DNA of 64,000 nt from an uncultured Candidatus Cloacimonadota bacterium. Lineage in GTDB: Bacteria > Cloacimonadota > Cloacimonadia > Cloacimonadales > TCS61. Each line of letters opens with the position of its first letter. The first letter of the stretch is position 1. Both the position numbers and the translations under genes were made by a program. Below are positions 21,059 through 31,309 of the stretch, in pieces. Where the stretch lies: positions 7,471-71,470 of the forward strand of contig CAYSSJ010000002.1 in assembly GCA_964433675.1 (NCBI GenBank), read 5' to 3'. The notes below the pieces were generated by a model that was given only the letters and a program-made list of their open reading frames with translations, was not told the origin of the DNA and ran no database searches.

Positions 21059-21690
21059 ATCCTGCTCTCTAAACCCTAAACATCTCCCTTGTCCTCCGAA
21101 GCCTGTAAGGTGAAGGGGGATTGCTACTCTTGCACCAACTCACAGTTCGGTTCAATGGGGTTAAAACCCCGAGAGTAGTTGAGATAACCACACCCACGAG
21201 CTAAAGCTCGTGGCTATTCATCCGGCATTGACACCAATCAACCAATAAACTAATCAACTTCATCCTGCTATTCTTTCACCAACTCACACTTCGATACGCT
21301 CCGGCTTGCGCCGAAGCTACTCAGTGTGACAAGCTTATGACCGTTGATCTCTAAACTATCACTCTAAACTGCATATTGCATTATTCATTATACATTGTTC
21401 ATTTACTTACATTCTCACCTTCTCCAATCTGATTTCTGCTTACTGCCTACTGTCTTCTGTTTTCCGTATTCCGTCTTCTGACCTCTAAACCCTAAACTGC
21501 TTCTTACATTGTTCATTAACCATTAACCATTATACATTCACAATAAAATTACTCTGCTTACCGTCTCCTGTTTCTCGTATTCCGTCTTCTCCCAAAACCA
21601 ATCTTCCTATCCACCTAACTTCCCATCTTCTGTGTTCTCCGCTTGTGCTACGAAGCCTTGGCGAAGTAGTACATCCTCTGTGGTTATTTT
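21040..21690. repeat. Patchwork of short tandem repeats and REP-like palindromes
   Basis: Units tattccg/tattctg, ctaaacc, cattatt/cattaac, ctgccta, aactaatc; palindromes ccacgagc-taaa-gctcgtgg (21194-21213) and ggggtt-aa-aacccc. Confidence 0.8.
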
Positions 21691-21694
21691 GCCC

Positions 21695-24664
21695 TCATTT
21701 TTTCGGTTTGTAGATCACTGCTCTGCCGGATTGTCCGTCTATCTTTACAGTAGCGGCAGCAGGCATACGGACATGATAGAGGTAGTTTGTTTTGTTTTGC
21801 GGATTTTGCTGTTTGAGCCAGTCCCAGTTCACAAATTCATACTCGGTAGAGTTTGTAACGGTGAGGTAGCCCACTTCCAGAGCTACGAGGTTATGGAAGA
21901 AGTGACTACCCTGGGAAGCATCGACGGTGAAATTTTCGAAATTAGTCTCCACTACGACTTTGGCGTGGTTTATCTGTGCCCATCTAACCGGAATACCGAG
22001 AAACCGATCGCTTGTACCCCAGCGTCCCGGTCCGATCAGGATATACTTGCGTCCTTCTTTTTGTAATATTTTATTCAATTCTTCCAATTCTTCGGCTATT
22101 TCTATCGTTTTGGTATTATCAAAATTATCCGGATCCACGAAGACAATATCGCGGATATTATTTATAACACCGTTACCCATCCCCTTGTTGGTAGCCAGGA
22201 TTACATTCTCTCTGCTCACCTCGTCGAACTTTACCTGCACAAATTCTTTGTTCACCGAGAGCGGTCTGATCTGCAGCAGGAAGAAGGTAGGATAGCCGCC
22301 GTTCTTATCCAGATTCACAGAAAATTCTATCTCCACCGGCACACCCAGACAGAGTTTGCCAATTTCCAAAATACGCTTCAGGATCTCGGGAAGCGGGAAT
22401 TTATCGTAATGAGTGAGATTGCGAAAGGAGAGCACGCGCGGTCCTTTCACATGTATGCCATCCAAAAATTCGAAATGCTCATAATCCCAAACGGAGGTTA
22501 GCAGCTTAAATTCATCTCGCTTGTGAGAATTCTTTATCCGCAACTTTGCCAGATATTTATCTTCGGACATGATCTCTTCTTCTGCAGGCGATTCCATACT
22601 GACAGCATAGAATTCGCGTTGAGCGTTTTCCACTATATCTTCGGGTGGCAGCATATCCACTTTGGGTGCATTGGGCGAAAAGTGGAAGCATCTCTCTCCG
22701 TCCACGACAGCTTTACCCAGTCCTACTGCCAGAGATGCTATACCATCCTCATGCTGCATTCCGGCTGCCGGATAGAAATTGTAAGACTGTGCCGTACCGG
22801 AGAAATGGGGATAATAGTAGTTTTCCTCATGCATAGAGCCGCAGACTTCTTGGATGATCACCGCCATCTTCTCCTCTTCTGTTTTGAAATTTATACTTTC
22901 GATATACTGACGGGCATTTTTACGGAACGGTGAGGCAAACACACATTTGATCGCATCTGCGAGCCTTTTGAGACGAATTTGAAAATCAGGGTGATTGCTG
23001 GGTATCATAAAAGTTCTGTAGATCCCGGCAAAAGGTTGGGATTGGGAATCTTCCAGCAATCCGGAAGACCGGATCGCCAAGGGAGATTTATGATTGTTTA
23101 ACAATACCTGCAGTTTAGCTAATAGTTCGTCGGAGAGCTTCCCTTTCATAAAAGCTTTATCTATCTCAACATCATCCATCTTGCTTATCTTTAGCGGATT
23201 CAGTGCGTTTCTCTCCAGAAACCGGTCAAATTCGTCCGTACCGATGATAGCGGTTTTGGGCAGCTTGATATTTACTGCCTCGAATTCCTTATCGAGATCC
23301 ATGGTAACCAAGAGACTGTTCAAAAATGCCAGTCCTCTCCCCTTGCCGCCCAGAGAACCTTCTGCGAGTTGGACTATCTTCTCTTCTTCAGTAAAGATTG
23401 AGGGACTGAATTTGACAACTTTCCCTTTATTTTGCTTTTCCCTGACCTTTTTGATCGTATTTACCAGAAATTTTCTGATATCATCGACAGATAGGAAGTC
23501 GGAAGCCACCACATGCCGAATCTGCTGGGCAATCTGGATCTCACCATGTGCCATCAGCCAGGCGGAAAAATGGTTCCGCTCGGCATGGTAGAGCAACGAC
23601 TCTTCGGGAACCCTCATAATGAGCTTTTCGAAATGGTACATCGATTTAGCGCGCGCTATCTCTTCACCTTTGGTATTGCGAAATACAAAATCACCAAAGC
23701 CGATATTATTCACCAAAAATAGTCTGAGTTCCTGAAACAATTGCTTCGAATCTTTGTTGACGAAATCGGCGTTCAGTTTACGCGCTTCCTTTCGATTCTC
23801 AACATCGGCAGATTGCATAAGGATGGGAAGTTCAGTCCTATCCTTTCTGATCTCGCGTACGAGTTTGATACCACCATGCAGATCGTGTTCGTTTCCTACT
23901 CTCAGGTTTACATTGCTCACCATGCAGATGATATGATGCTTGTACTTTTGATAGAGCTCCAGTGCAGTCTCATAATCATGTGCCATGAGGATCTTCGGCC
24001 GAGCGCGCATCTTCAGATGTTTGTTCACATCGGTCAATTCCGATTCGATCAACTCCTGTGTCAATTTCATCACCTCATTATAAAAGAGCGGCACAAAGAG
24101 CGAATAGTAGTCTATGGAGCTTTCGACCAAGAGTATCACCCTTACGTGTCCTTGATTAATGTCGTGATCTGCGTTCAGCCTATCTTCCACAGTTTTTATC
24201 ATTGCGATAAATAGTTTGGGATCACCATGCCACAAAAACACATCGTCGAAAGCCTTCAGCATATCTGGGTCGCTAGTAACGATATCAATATAAGATTGCT
24301 TGTTCAATAGAAGCAGAATCGGCAGGTCAGGTTGCTTTTGTTTCAGATTTTTACATAGTTCAAATGGCGTCATATTACCGATCCTCATCATGATGAAGAC
24401 CATATCGAATTCGCGCTCTTCTATCAGAGAGTAGATATCCTCTGTGAATGGTACGGTCGTGATGCGCGGTGCCATACTGAGATCGAGGGTACGGTATTCG
24501 CCGTAGATCTGTTCGGAAAGTCGTCCGTCCATTTCCAGCGTATAAGCATCGAAGAAGCTGGAGATCAGCAGAATCTCCTTCACCCTATGTTGCATAAGGC
24601 TATGAAGATTATCTTCACCATATTTGAACTTGTTATAATAATAGGTAAGTTCTTGATGATCCAT
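21695..24664 (-). CDS. Receiver-domain / PPDK_N (ATP-grasp) / phospho-His-like protein, paralog B
   Basis: Two REC-like domains, NHFSAWL domain, GSLGGKGRGL, PLAIRSSGLLEDS..FAGIY, LLQIRP, C-terminal SQGSHFFHNL. Confidence 0.82.
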   Translation of the reverse strand: MDHQELTYYYNKFKYGEDNLHSLMQHRVKEILLISSFFDAYTLEMDGRLSEQIYGEYRTLDLSMAPRITTVPFTEDIYSLIEEREFDMVFIMMRIGNMTPFELCKNLKQKQPDLPILLLLNKQSYIDIVTSDPDMLKAFDDVFLWHGDPKLFIAMIKTVEDRLNADHDINQGHVRVILLVESSIDYYSLFVPLFYNEVMKLTQELIESELTDVNKHLKMRARPKILMAHDYETALELYQKYKHHIICMVSNVNLRVGNEHDLHGGIKLVREIRKDRTELPILMQSADVENRKEARKLNADFVNKDSKQLFQELRLFLVNNIGFGDFVFRNTKGEEIARAKSMYHFEKLIMRVPEESLLYHAERNHFSAWLMAHGEIQIAQQIRHVVASDFLSVDDIRKFLVNTIKKVREKQNKGKVVKFSPSIFTEEEKIVQLAEGSLGGKGRGLAFLNSLLVTMDLDKEFEAVNIKLPKTAIIGTDEFDRFLERNALNPLKISKMDDVEIDKAFMKGKLSDELLAKLQVLLNNHKSPLAIRSSGLLEDSQSQPFAGIYRTFMIPSNHPDFQIRLKRLADAIKCVFASPFRKNARQYIESINFKTEEEKMAVIIQEVCGSMHEENYYYPHFSGTAQSYNFYPAAGMQHEDGIASLAVGLGKAVVDGERCFHFSPNAPKVDMLPPEDIVENAQREFYAVSMESPAEEEIMSEDKYLAKLRIKNSHKRDEFKLLTSVWDYEHFEFLDGIHVKGPRVLSFRNLTHYDKFPLPEILKRILEIGKLCLGVPVEIEFSVNLDKNGGYPTFFLLQIRPLSVNKEFVQVKFDEVSRENVILATNKGMGNGVINNIRDIVFVDPDNFDNTKTIEIAEELEELNKILQKEGRKYILIGPGRWGTSDRFLGIPVRWAQINHAKVVVETNFENFTVDASQGSHFFHNLVALEVGYLTVTNSTEYEFVNWDWLKQQNPQNKTNYLYHVRMPAAATVKIDGQSGRAVIYKPKK

Positions 24665-24675
24665 TTTTTTATCCT

Positions 24676-27633
24676 TTATTTATAAATGAATGAGATCCCT
24701 TTTCTACCGTCCATTTTTACCACAGTCGCATGGTCGAGTTCCAGATGGATGCAATGTTCGGTTCGCTCTGTCACAGGTTGTTTTTTCAGCCATTCCCAGT
24801 TGATAAAATCCTCATCCGAATCGTATGGCACGGTGAAATATCCTACATTCATAGAGATCAGGTTATGAAAGAAATGAGTTCCTTGCGAAGATTCTACCGA
24901 GAAACCTTCCAATCCGGTTTCTACGATGATCTTCGCTTTGTTTATCTCGTGCCATTTCACCGGAATACCCAAGAATTTATCGCGCGAGCCCCATCTCCCC
25001 GGTCCGATCAGGATATACGGCACTTTGTCCTCTTTCATCTTTTCATTGAAATACGCTATCTCTCTTCTGATCTCTTCTGTTTTTATCCGGTCGAATTTTT
25101 CGGGATCTACAAAGACAATATCATTAATATCGGAGATCACGCCGTTACCCATACCACTCTGAGTGTAGAGAAAGAGATCGTCCTTATCCAAATCATCCGA
25201 ATCTATATAGATCTCTTCTGTGTTGATGGTCAGCGGTCTGATCTGCAACAGATAGAAAGTAGGATATTTTTTGTTTTTGGGATCTTTGTTCAGATCGACG
25301 GCAAATTCCAGTTCGACCGGTACACCCATAGCATTCTCACCGATCTCGAGGATCTCTCTGATTATTTTTGCAAGCGGAAAGTAATTGTATTTGAGCACAT
25401 CAGCGAAGGTAAGCAGGCGGGGTCCTTTTCCTTGCAATCCATCTATGATACGATTGTTTTCATAATCCCACACCGAGACGAGGTGGTTGATAGTTCCGTG
25501 CGTTTCCGCATCTTTGAGTTTCAGATTTTTCAGGGTGCTGTTAACTTGCAGTTCAAATTCGGGATTGGTAGTGTCAATGGCATAAAACTTTTTTTGAGAT
25601 TCCCGCATCAGCTCTTCGGGTGGGACGATCTCCATTTTTGGATAGACCGGACAGAATCGGAATATGCTCTCTCCTTCTACGACAGCCGTTCCTAAACCCA
25701 AAGCCAATGTACATATTCCATCACTGTTTTTCAGATAAGAGGTAGGATAGTAGTTGTAAGACTGAGCTACTCCGGAGATGTGTGGGTAGAAATATCCGGA
25801 GAAATTGTCTCCAACCGCCTCTTGGATGATGACTGCCATTTTCTCTTCTTCCAGTTTATAGTTGATGCTTTCGATATAATTTTTGGCATTTTCCAGATAA
25901 ACCGAGGCGAACACCAATTTGATAGCATTCATCAGCTGTTCTGCTCTTTTCATCATATCGGGATGGTTATTGGGCAGCATATAGGTAAGATAGATACCTG
26001 CAAAAGGTTGGGATTGGGAATCTTCCAGCAATCCGGACGACCTCACAGCCAAGGGATAATCTATCTTTTCCAGAAAATTACTGAGCATATTCATCAAACC
26101 GGGAGAGAGCGAACCATGCAGAAAAATCTCTTTGATCTCCGTATCACCTTTATCTCTGATCCATTCTCCGATATTCAAATTATCGATAAAATAATCGTAT
26201 TCACTCGTACCGATGATAAAGGTTTTGGGTATCTTTATCTTCACATCGGCAAATCTCTTTTCGAATTCCATGGAGACCAGCAGCGAATTCAGAAAAGCCA
26301 AGCCACGCCCTTTGCCACCGAGCGAACCTTCGCGCATCTGGATCACCACTTCCTCTGCACTCAAAAAGAGCGGATCATAATGGATGATCTTGCCACGATT
26401 TTTGGTCAGTCGCACTTCTTTGAACACATTTATCAGATAATCTCGCATCTCTGAGGTAGATTCAAAATCTTCCACATTGAAAGTTCTGACCCGTTTGGCG
26501 AAGATAAATTCACCGTGTGCAGTAAGCCAAGCGGAGAAACTGTTGTGTATCCCATGCCACTCCAGAGATTCATCGGGGATAACTTTTAGTAGTTCTTCAA
26601 ATTCGGCTAATGTGCGGGCACGAGCGATCTCCTTACCATCTCTGCTTCTGAAGACAAAATCACCGAAACCGAGCTTCTCGATGATGAACCTTCTCAGATC
26701 ATTCAGCAGTGTTTTGGAATTCTTATGTAGGAAGGATACCCCCAGTTTTTCCGCATCTTTTTTATTCTCGAGCTCTGAAGATTGCAAGAGGATCGGACAT
26801 CCGACATGATGATATTGCAAATGCTTGATAAGCTTGACTCCTGCTTTGGGATGCTCTTTCCCTTTGTAATCGTAACGGATATCGGAGATAATGGCGATGA
26901 TGTACTCTTTGTATTTCTCATAAATCTCCAGTGCTTCATCGAATGAATGGCAAAGGAGCACTTTGGGTCTACCCCGCATACGCAGACGTTTATTAACATC
27001 GTTTAGCTCTTCGGTTATCAATCTCTGAGTTTGCTTCAGGATCTCCGAATATAACAGCGGGTGAAAAACGGAATAGTAATGAATAGAATCTTCTACCAGC
27101 AGTATTACTCTGACCAGACCGACTTTGGTATCGTTCTCCACATTCCATTTATCTTCCACATATTTTACCATCGAGAGGAATATCTTGCTGTCTCCATACC
27201 ATACGAAGACATTGTCTATATATTTCATCTCATCGCTTCTCTTGTCTATCATGCCTACATCGCTGGAAACATTGAGAAGAAGCAGCACCGGTATCTCCGG
27301 ATGCATATCTTTGATCTTGCGACTCAGTTTGTAAGGACTCATCTCCCCGATCCTCATCATCGTGATCACCAGATCGAATTTTTTGTCTTCCAAAAGATCT
27401 AATGCCTGTTCGCCGGTGGGCACACTGGTTATGCGTGGTGCAGTACTAAGATTGAGCTGCATATATTCACCAAATATCTGTTCGGATAATCTGCCGTCCT
27501 GTTCAAAAATGAAAGCATCATAAAAAGTGGAAACCAATAAAATCTCCCTCACCCGATGCTTCATCAGATTATGAAAGTTATCCTCACCAAATTTGAATTT
27601 TGTATAATAATAGTTCAGTTCCTTTACATCCAT
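24676..27633 (-). CDS. Receiver-domain / PPDK_N (ATP-grasp) / phospho-His-like protein, paralog A
   Basis: Same architecture; LLVEDS...IISDIRY receiver, PLAVRSSGLLEDS, SQGTHFFHNL. Confidence 0.82.
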   Translation of the reverse strand: MDVKELNYYYTKFKFGEDNFHNLMKHRVREILLVSTFYDAFIFEQDGRLSEQIFGEYMQLNLSTAPRITSVPTGEQALDLLEDKKFDLVITMMRIGEMSPYKLSRKIKDMHPEIPVLLLLNVSSDVGMIDKRSDEMKYIDNVFVWYGDSKIFLSMVKYVEDKWNVENDTKVGLVRVILLVEDSIHYYSVFHPLLYSEILKQTQRLITEELNDVNKRLRMRGRPKVLLCHSFDEALEIYEKYKEYIIAIISDIRYDYKGKEHPKAGVKLIKHLQYHHVGCPILLQSSELENKKDAEKLGVSFLHKNSKTLLNDLRRFIIEKLGFGDFVFRSRDGKEIARARTLAEFEELLKVIPDESLEWHGIHNSFSAWLTAHGEFIFAKRVRTFNVEDFESTSEMRDYLINVFKEVRLTKNRGKIIHYDPLFLSAEEVVIQMREGSLGGKGRGLAFLNSLLVSMEFEKRFADVKIKIPKTFIIGTSEYDYFIDNLNIGEWIRDKGDTEIKEIFLHGSLSPGLMNMLSNFLEKIDYPLAVRSSGLLEDSQSQPFAGIYLTYMLPNNHPDMMKRAEQLMNAIKLVFASVYLENAKNYIESINYKLEEEKMAVIIQEAVGDNFSGYFYPHISGVAQSYNYYPTSYLKNSDGICTLALGLGTAVVEGESIFRFCPVYPKMEIVPPEELMRESQKKFYAIDTTNPEFELQVNSTLKNLKLKDAETHGTINHLVSVWDYENNRIIDGLQGKGPRLLTFADVLKYNYFPLAKIIREILEIGENAMGVPVELEFAVDLNKDPKNKKYPTFYLLQIRPLTINTEEIYIDSDDLDKDDLFLYTQSGMGNGVISDINDIVFVDPEKFDRIKTEEIRREIAYFNEKMKEDKVPYILIGPGRWGSRDKFLGIPVKWHEINKAKIIVETGLEGFSVESSQGTHFFHNLISMNVGYFTVPYDSDEDFINWEWLKKQPVTERTEHCIHLELDHATVVKMDGRKGISFIYK

Positions 27634-27820
27634 CTTCCCTCCAATATCTCTATATTAAGATATAATACTGACAAGTTGCTATTCTTGTCAAGAATTCAAA
27701 TTATCATCATGTTTTGCAAAACTATCTGCCAATATGACAGAAACGTACGGAATCGGTAATTTTGCTTGACAGCTACCGCCTTTCTCAGAGAAAAAATTAT
27801 TTCAAAAAAAGGATGATAGT

Positions 27821-29374
27821 ATGAGAGTAGTGAAAATAATTATTGGATCGGTACTGATATTTCTGGCTACAGGTTTGTCTGCCTTGAGGCAAGCAGATAT
27901 GAGCTGGACAAGTCCTGAGATAAAATCGAAGGTAAATCTAACTTTTGTGCAGGACTATATCGAAGAATCCGAAATCCTGCTTCCCAAGTTACCAACTATC
28001 AGAAAGGGATCTTCTCTATCCTTTGCATTAAGCTCATTTAACCGGTTTAAGCATTCATTTCAAAACTTTGTAGGCAAATCCGAGCCAGATAATCTCTTTT
28101 TCAGATACGATACTACCCAAAACAGACTCAGCCCGCACCGACCGGTAAGATCCAGCCTGCTCATGCGCTTGCATAGCGGTTTCGAATCCCAATTTTCCAC
28201 TTCCGATTATGAAAATGTTTTCCTTTATAACGGTATCTATATATCCGGGACAGTGGAAGATAATCTCCAATTCTATACTTATTGGTGGGATGGGCACTTC
28301 AGAGGAGATCACGAATATGCTCTGCAATCTTCACCGATAGTAAGAGGTTGGTACAAAAGTCCCAAACATCATGGACGGTTATACATGAACGAGCTTTGGG
28401 CAAAATTATCATATGTCTCTCCGCATGCCAAATTGTCTGTCGGTAGAAGCAGACATGAGATTGGCAGCAATATCGGCGGTAGCATCATTCTGAACAATGA
28501 AAGTACAAACTACGGTTATTTTAGTGCGGAATTCGCATTGGGTCATTTCGAGCTTTCGCTTCTGCATGCCACTTTGATACCGGACAGTACTTTAGCTGAG
28601 ATGGAAGATTATTCACTCTATTATGCCAATATGCTGTATGATAACAAATATCTCGTTACCCATAAATTGGACTGGTATCCATCTGACAAATTGCATTTAT
28701 TTGCCGGTGAAGTAATAACTTACGGAAACAGATCCTTAGATATTAACTACCTAATCCCGCACACTTTCTGGCGTATCATCGAGCATCGGCAACATGATAG
28801 AGACAAGGTAATGATCTACTCCGGGATGACTTATAAAGCGAATGAGAATTGGACTATTTACGGAAACTTTTCTCTCGATGATTTTAGTAGTTCCGAGATC
28901 TTCGGTAATTGGTGGGGAAATAAATATGCTATTCAGATCGGAAATGCATTTAAGCTCAAAGATATCCGAACTGTCTTCGAATTCACTGCCGTGCGCCCTT
29001 GGATGTACACTCATAAGACACTCACAACGAAATACACCCACGACTCTATTGCACTCGGTTTTCCAGCAGGTGCAAATTTGATCCAATTTGCCAACGAAAT
29101 GAATATCCCCATCTCGGCTGCATTATCTTTGGATATTCTCAATTCATTCACAAGACAGGGTAGTCTGGGAGCTGATCCGCATGAAAACTATGCTGACAGA
29201 CCAAAGGATACTGCTAACTGGCTGGAAGGTGAGAAACATAATTACTGGCAGACTACGGTTGCTGCCACCTGTATCCTCTCGCCCCATCATCGTTTCAAGA
29301 TCGGATACTCTTACAATGAGTTCATGCCGGGTTATCGTAATCGGCTCTTCCTTGCCTATCAAGCGAGTTATTGA
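27821..29374 (+). CDS. Outer-membrane beta-barrel, capsule-assembly Wzi-like
   Basis: Signal peptide, GRSRHEIGS..SIILN, KYLVTHKLDW, VRPWMYTH, terminal aromatic residue. Confidence 0.55.
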   Translation: MRVVKIIIGSVLIFLATGLSALRQADMSWTSPEIKSKVNLTFVQDYIEESEILLPKLPTIRKGSSLSFALSSFNRFKHSFQNFVGKSEPDNLFFRYDTTQNRLSPHRPVRSSLLMRLHSGFESQFSTSDYENVFLYNGIYISGTVEDNLQFYTYWWDGHFRGDHEYALQSSPIVRGWYKSPKHHGRLYMNELWAKLSYVSPHAKLSVGRSRHEIGSNIGGSIILNNESTNYGYFSAEFALGHFELSLLHATLIPDSTLAEMEDYSLYYANMLYDNKYLVTHKLDWYPSDKLHLFAGEVITYGNRSLDINYLIPHTFWRIIEHRQHDRDKVMIYSGMTYKANENWTIYGNFSLDDFSSSEIFGNWWGNKYAIQIGNAFKLKDIRTVFEFTAVRPWMYTHKTLTTKYTHDSIALGFPAGANLIQFANEMNIPISAALSLDILNSFTRQGSLGADPHENYADRPKDTANWLEGEKHNYWQTTVAATCILSPHHRFKIGYSYNEFMPGYRNRLFLAYQASY

Positions 29375-30402
29375 TGATCTTTTTCTTTTACCTTATAAAC
29401 GCTTTTATCTTATTGCTGGCAGTAGGTGTGCTGTTGAACAAAGCCGGAAAAGAGAAACAACTATCTTTTTCCATAATAGTTCCCTTCAGAAATGAAGAAA
29501 GCAACTTATCTGCATTATTCTCTGCTCTGATGCAAATTGATTACTCGGTTGAACTATTCGAAATTCTGCTGATAGATGACAACTCTACTGACAATTCCGC
29601 TGCTTTAGCCAAACAATTTGCAGATAAACACTCGCATATACATTTCTTTAGCTTGGAATTTGAAACAGGTGAATTGGGTAAAAAAGCAGCACTCACACTG
29701 GGAGCAGAAAAAGCTCAGAATGAGTTTATCGTCTTTACCGATGCTGATTGTCAACCTCCATCAACTTGGTTGCGAAATTACACCCGTTTTATTGATCAAA
29801 AGACAGGAATGGTTGTCGGTTATAAAACCCAAAATGAAAAAAAATTGTTTTCACGTTTTATTTTGCAAGCTTCTGCCGCCATTAATTCAGCTACTATTGG
29901 ACTTCATTGGCCCTTCGGTGCTACCGGTAGCAATATTGTTCTCAGAAAATCAGCTTTTGTAGAAGTAGGTGGGTTTCATAAGGTTAAGCATCATATAGCC
30001 GGTGATGATATGCTGATGGTAAAATTGATCAATAAAACCAAATGGAAAATCAGATACAATTATCTCGATAGTGTGCAGACTAGTTCGTTAACTACTCAAA
30101 AAAAGGTTTATGAACAACAGAAGAGAAAATTTAGCAAACTTCATATGTACTCTTTCGCTTTCTTAATAGTAGCCCTGATAATGTTATTCTATTTCGTCAG
30201 TTTACCGTTTTACATTATACAAAACAATGATTTCATCATTCTGATTACATATACAATTGCGCTTTTATTATTTTGGCTAGCTTTTTTGTATAAACACAAA
30301 GAGCGGTTTTATATGATTCATATTATCTATCTTCTCATTTATCCCTATTATGTCATGATATTTTCAGCTTTGGGGTATGTTTTCGGTTGGAAATGGAAAT
30401 GA
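29371..30402 (+). CDS. GT2 glycosyltransferase with TM segments
   Basis: IVPFRNEE, DDNSTD, GKKAAL, FTDADC, GDD, QQKRK. Confidence 0.85.
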   Translation: MMIFFFYLINAFILLLAVGVLLNKAGKEKQLSFSIIVPFRNEESNLSALFSALMQIDYSVELFEILLIDDNSTDNSAALAKQFADKHSHIHFFSLEFETGELGKKAALTLGAEKAQNEFIVFTDADCQPPSTWLRNYTRFIDQKTGMVVGYKTQNEKKLFSRFILQASAAINSATIGLHWPFGATGSNIVLRKSAFVEVGGFHKVKHHIAGDDMLMVKLINKTKWKIRYNYLDSVQTSSLTTQKKVYEQQKRKFSKLHMYSFAFLIVALIMLFYFVSLPFYIIQNNDFIILITYTIALLLFWLAFLYKHKERFYMIHIIYLLIYPYYVMIFSALGYVFGWKWK

Positions 30403-31298
30403 AATTTAGCGATAACAAAAGCGCTTGGTTGATTCTCAAAAGAACAGTGATAGTAATAATTACAGTATCGCTCCTTTATCTGATTTTCAGACAGATAGAA
30501 CTCATTGAAATACTCAAACATCTAAGAAATATTTCTCCCTTTATACTATCAATAATTCTAATTACTGCTATCATCAAAACCTGCTTTGAGATAAGAAACT
30601 GGTACACCTATGTCATCATCTTAGCCAATGTGAAACCGAGTATATCAGAAACAGTTCGCTCACATCTAATCGGAAGAGCGCTACAATTGGCTTTCCCCGG
30701 CGGATATGGTGTGGTTGGGAAAGCTCTGTTTATCAACAATTCCAAAAAAAAATCTTTAGTCTCGATTGGAATTGAGAAATTTTTCCAATCTTGGTTGATT
30801 TTTCTTTTTGCTTCTATTGCCGGTTTTTTTTATTTTCACAATATTTCAGTAATTATTAGACTATCAGTCTTATTGTTGGTGTTGATAGCTCCATTGTTGG
30901 TATACTACCTCAAATTTATCTTCAAACGAAAAGACCAATACTTCAAGAAATACGTTTCATATATTCCCGAAATTGGGCTGATTCAACTGTTTTATATGTT
31001 AATTACAATTTCCCAGTATTATTTGATATTGAACCAAATCGGCAATATTTCTTTTTATCACACTTTCATCTCTGTGCCATTGATCCTGTTTGCCAATACA
31101 ATTCCGATAACTTATGGTGGCTTGGGGCTTAGAGAAGCCTTTGCAATTACAGTTTTACAAAGATATGCCTATGAACCTTCCCAAGCTGTTACTGCATCTC
31201 TCACGATTTTTTTCATCAATACTGTTCTTCCCTCACTTGTCGGTGCCATCATGCTGATGTTCCACAAAAAAAAGCCCCACCTAAATAGCGGGGCTTAG
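30399..31298 (+). CDS. Lysylphosphatidylglycerol synthase-TM / UPF0104 flippase-like protein
   Basis: Multiple TM helices, FPGG, IPITYGGLGLRE signature. Confidence 0.78.
   Translation: MKFSDNKSAWLILKRTVIVIITVSLLYLIFRQIELIEILKHLRNISPFILSIILITAIIKTCFEIRNWYTYVIILANVKPSISETVRSHLIGRALQLAFPGGYGVVGKALFINNSKKKSLVSIGIEKFFQSWLIFLFASIAGFFYFHNISVIIRLSVLLLVLIAPLLVYYLKFIFKRKDQYFKKYVSYIPEIGLIQLFYMLITISQYYLILNQIGNISFYHTFISVPLILFANTIPITYGGLGLREAFAITVLQRYAYEPSQAVTASLTIFFINTVLPSLVGAIMLMFHKKKPHLNSGA
31266..31296. terminator. Hairpin between convergent genes
   Basis: AAGCCCC..GGGGCTT stem with an adjacent A-tract. Confidence 0.6.
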
Positions 31299-31309
31299 TT
31301 TATAGATCT

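Noticed and set aside
15454-21690. CRISPR array
   Set aside because: Repeats are irregularly spaced, vary in length and have no uniform spacers; no cas genes
24730-26454. Long + strand ORFs (321 and 224 aa) and similar shadow ORFs throughout the window
   Set aside because: Antisense to well-supported genes, no recognisable motifs
21695-27633. Calling the two large genes PEP synthase (ppsA)
   Set aside because: No pyruvate-binding TIM barrel is evident and receiver domains occupy the N-terminus
27669-27690. TGAC-N-GTCA palindromes (also at 6141 and 12845) as a shared operator
   Set aside because: Spacing differs between sites and each overlaps a TTGACA -35 element, so chance is sufficient
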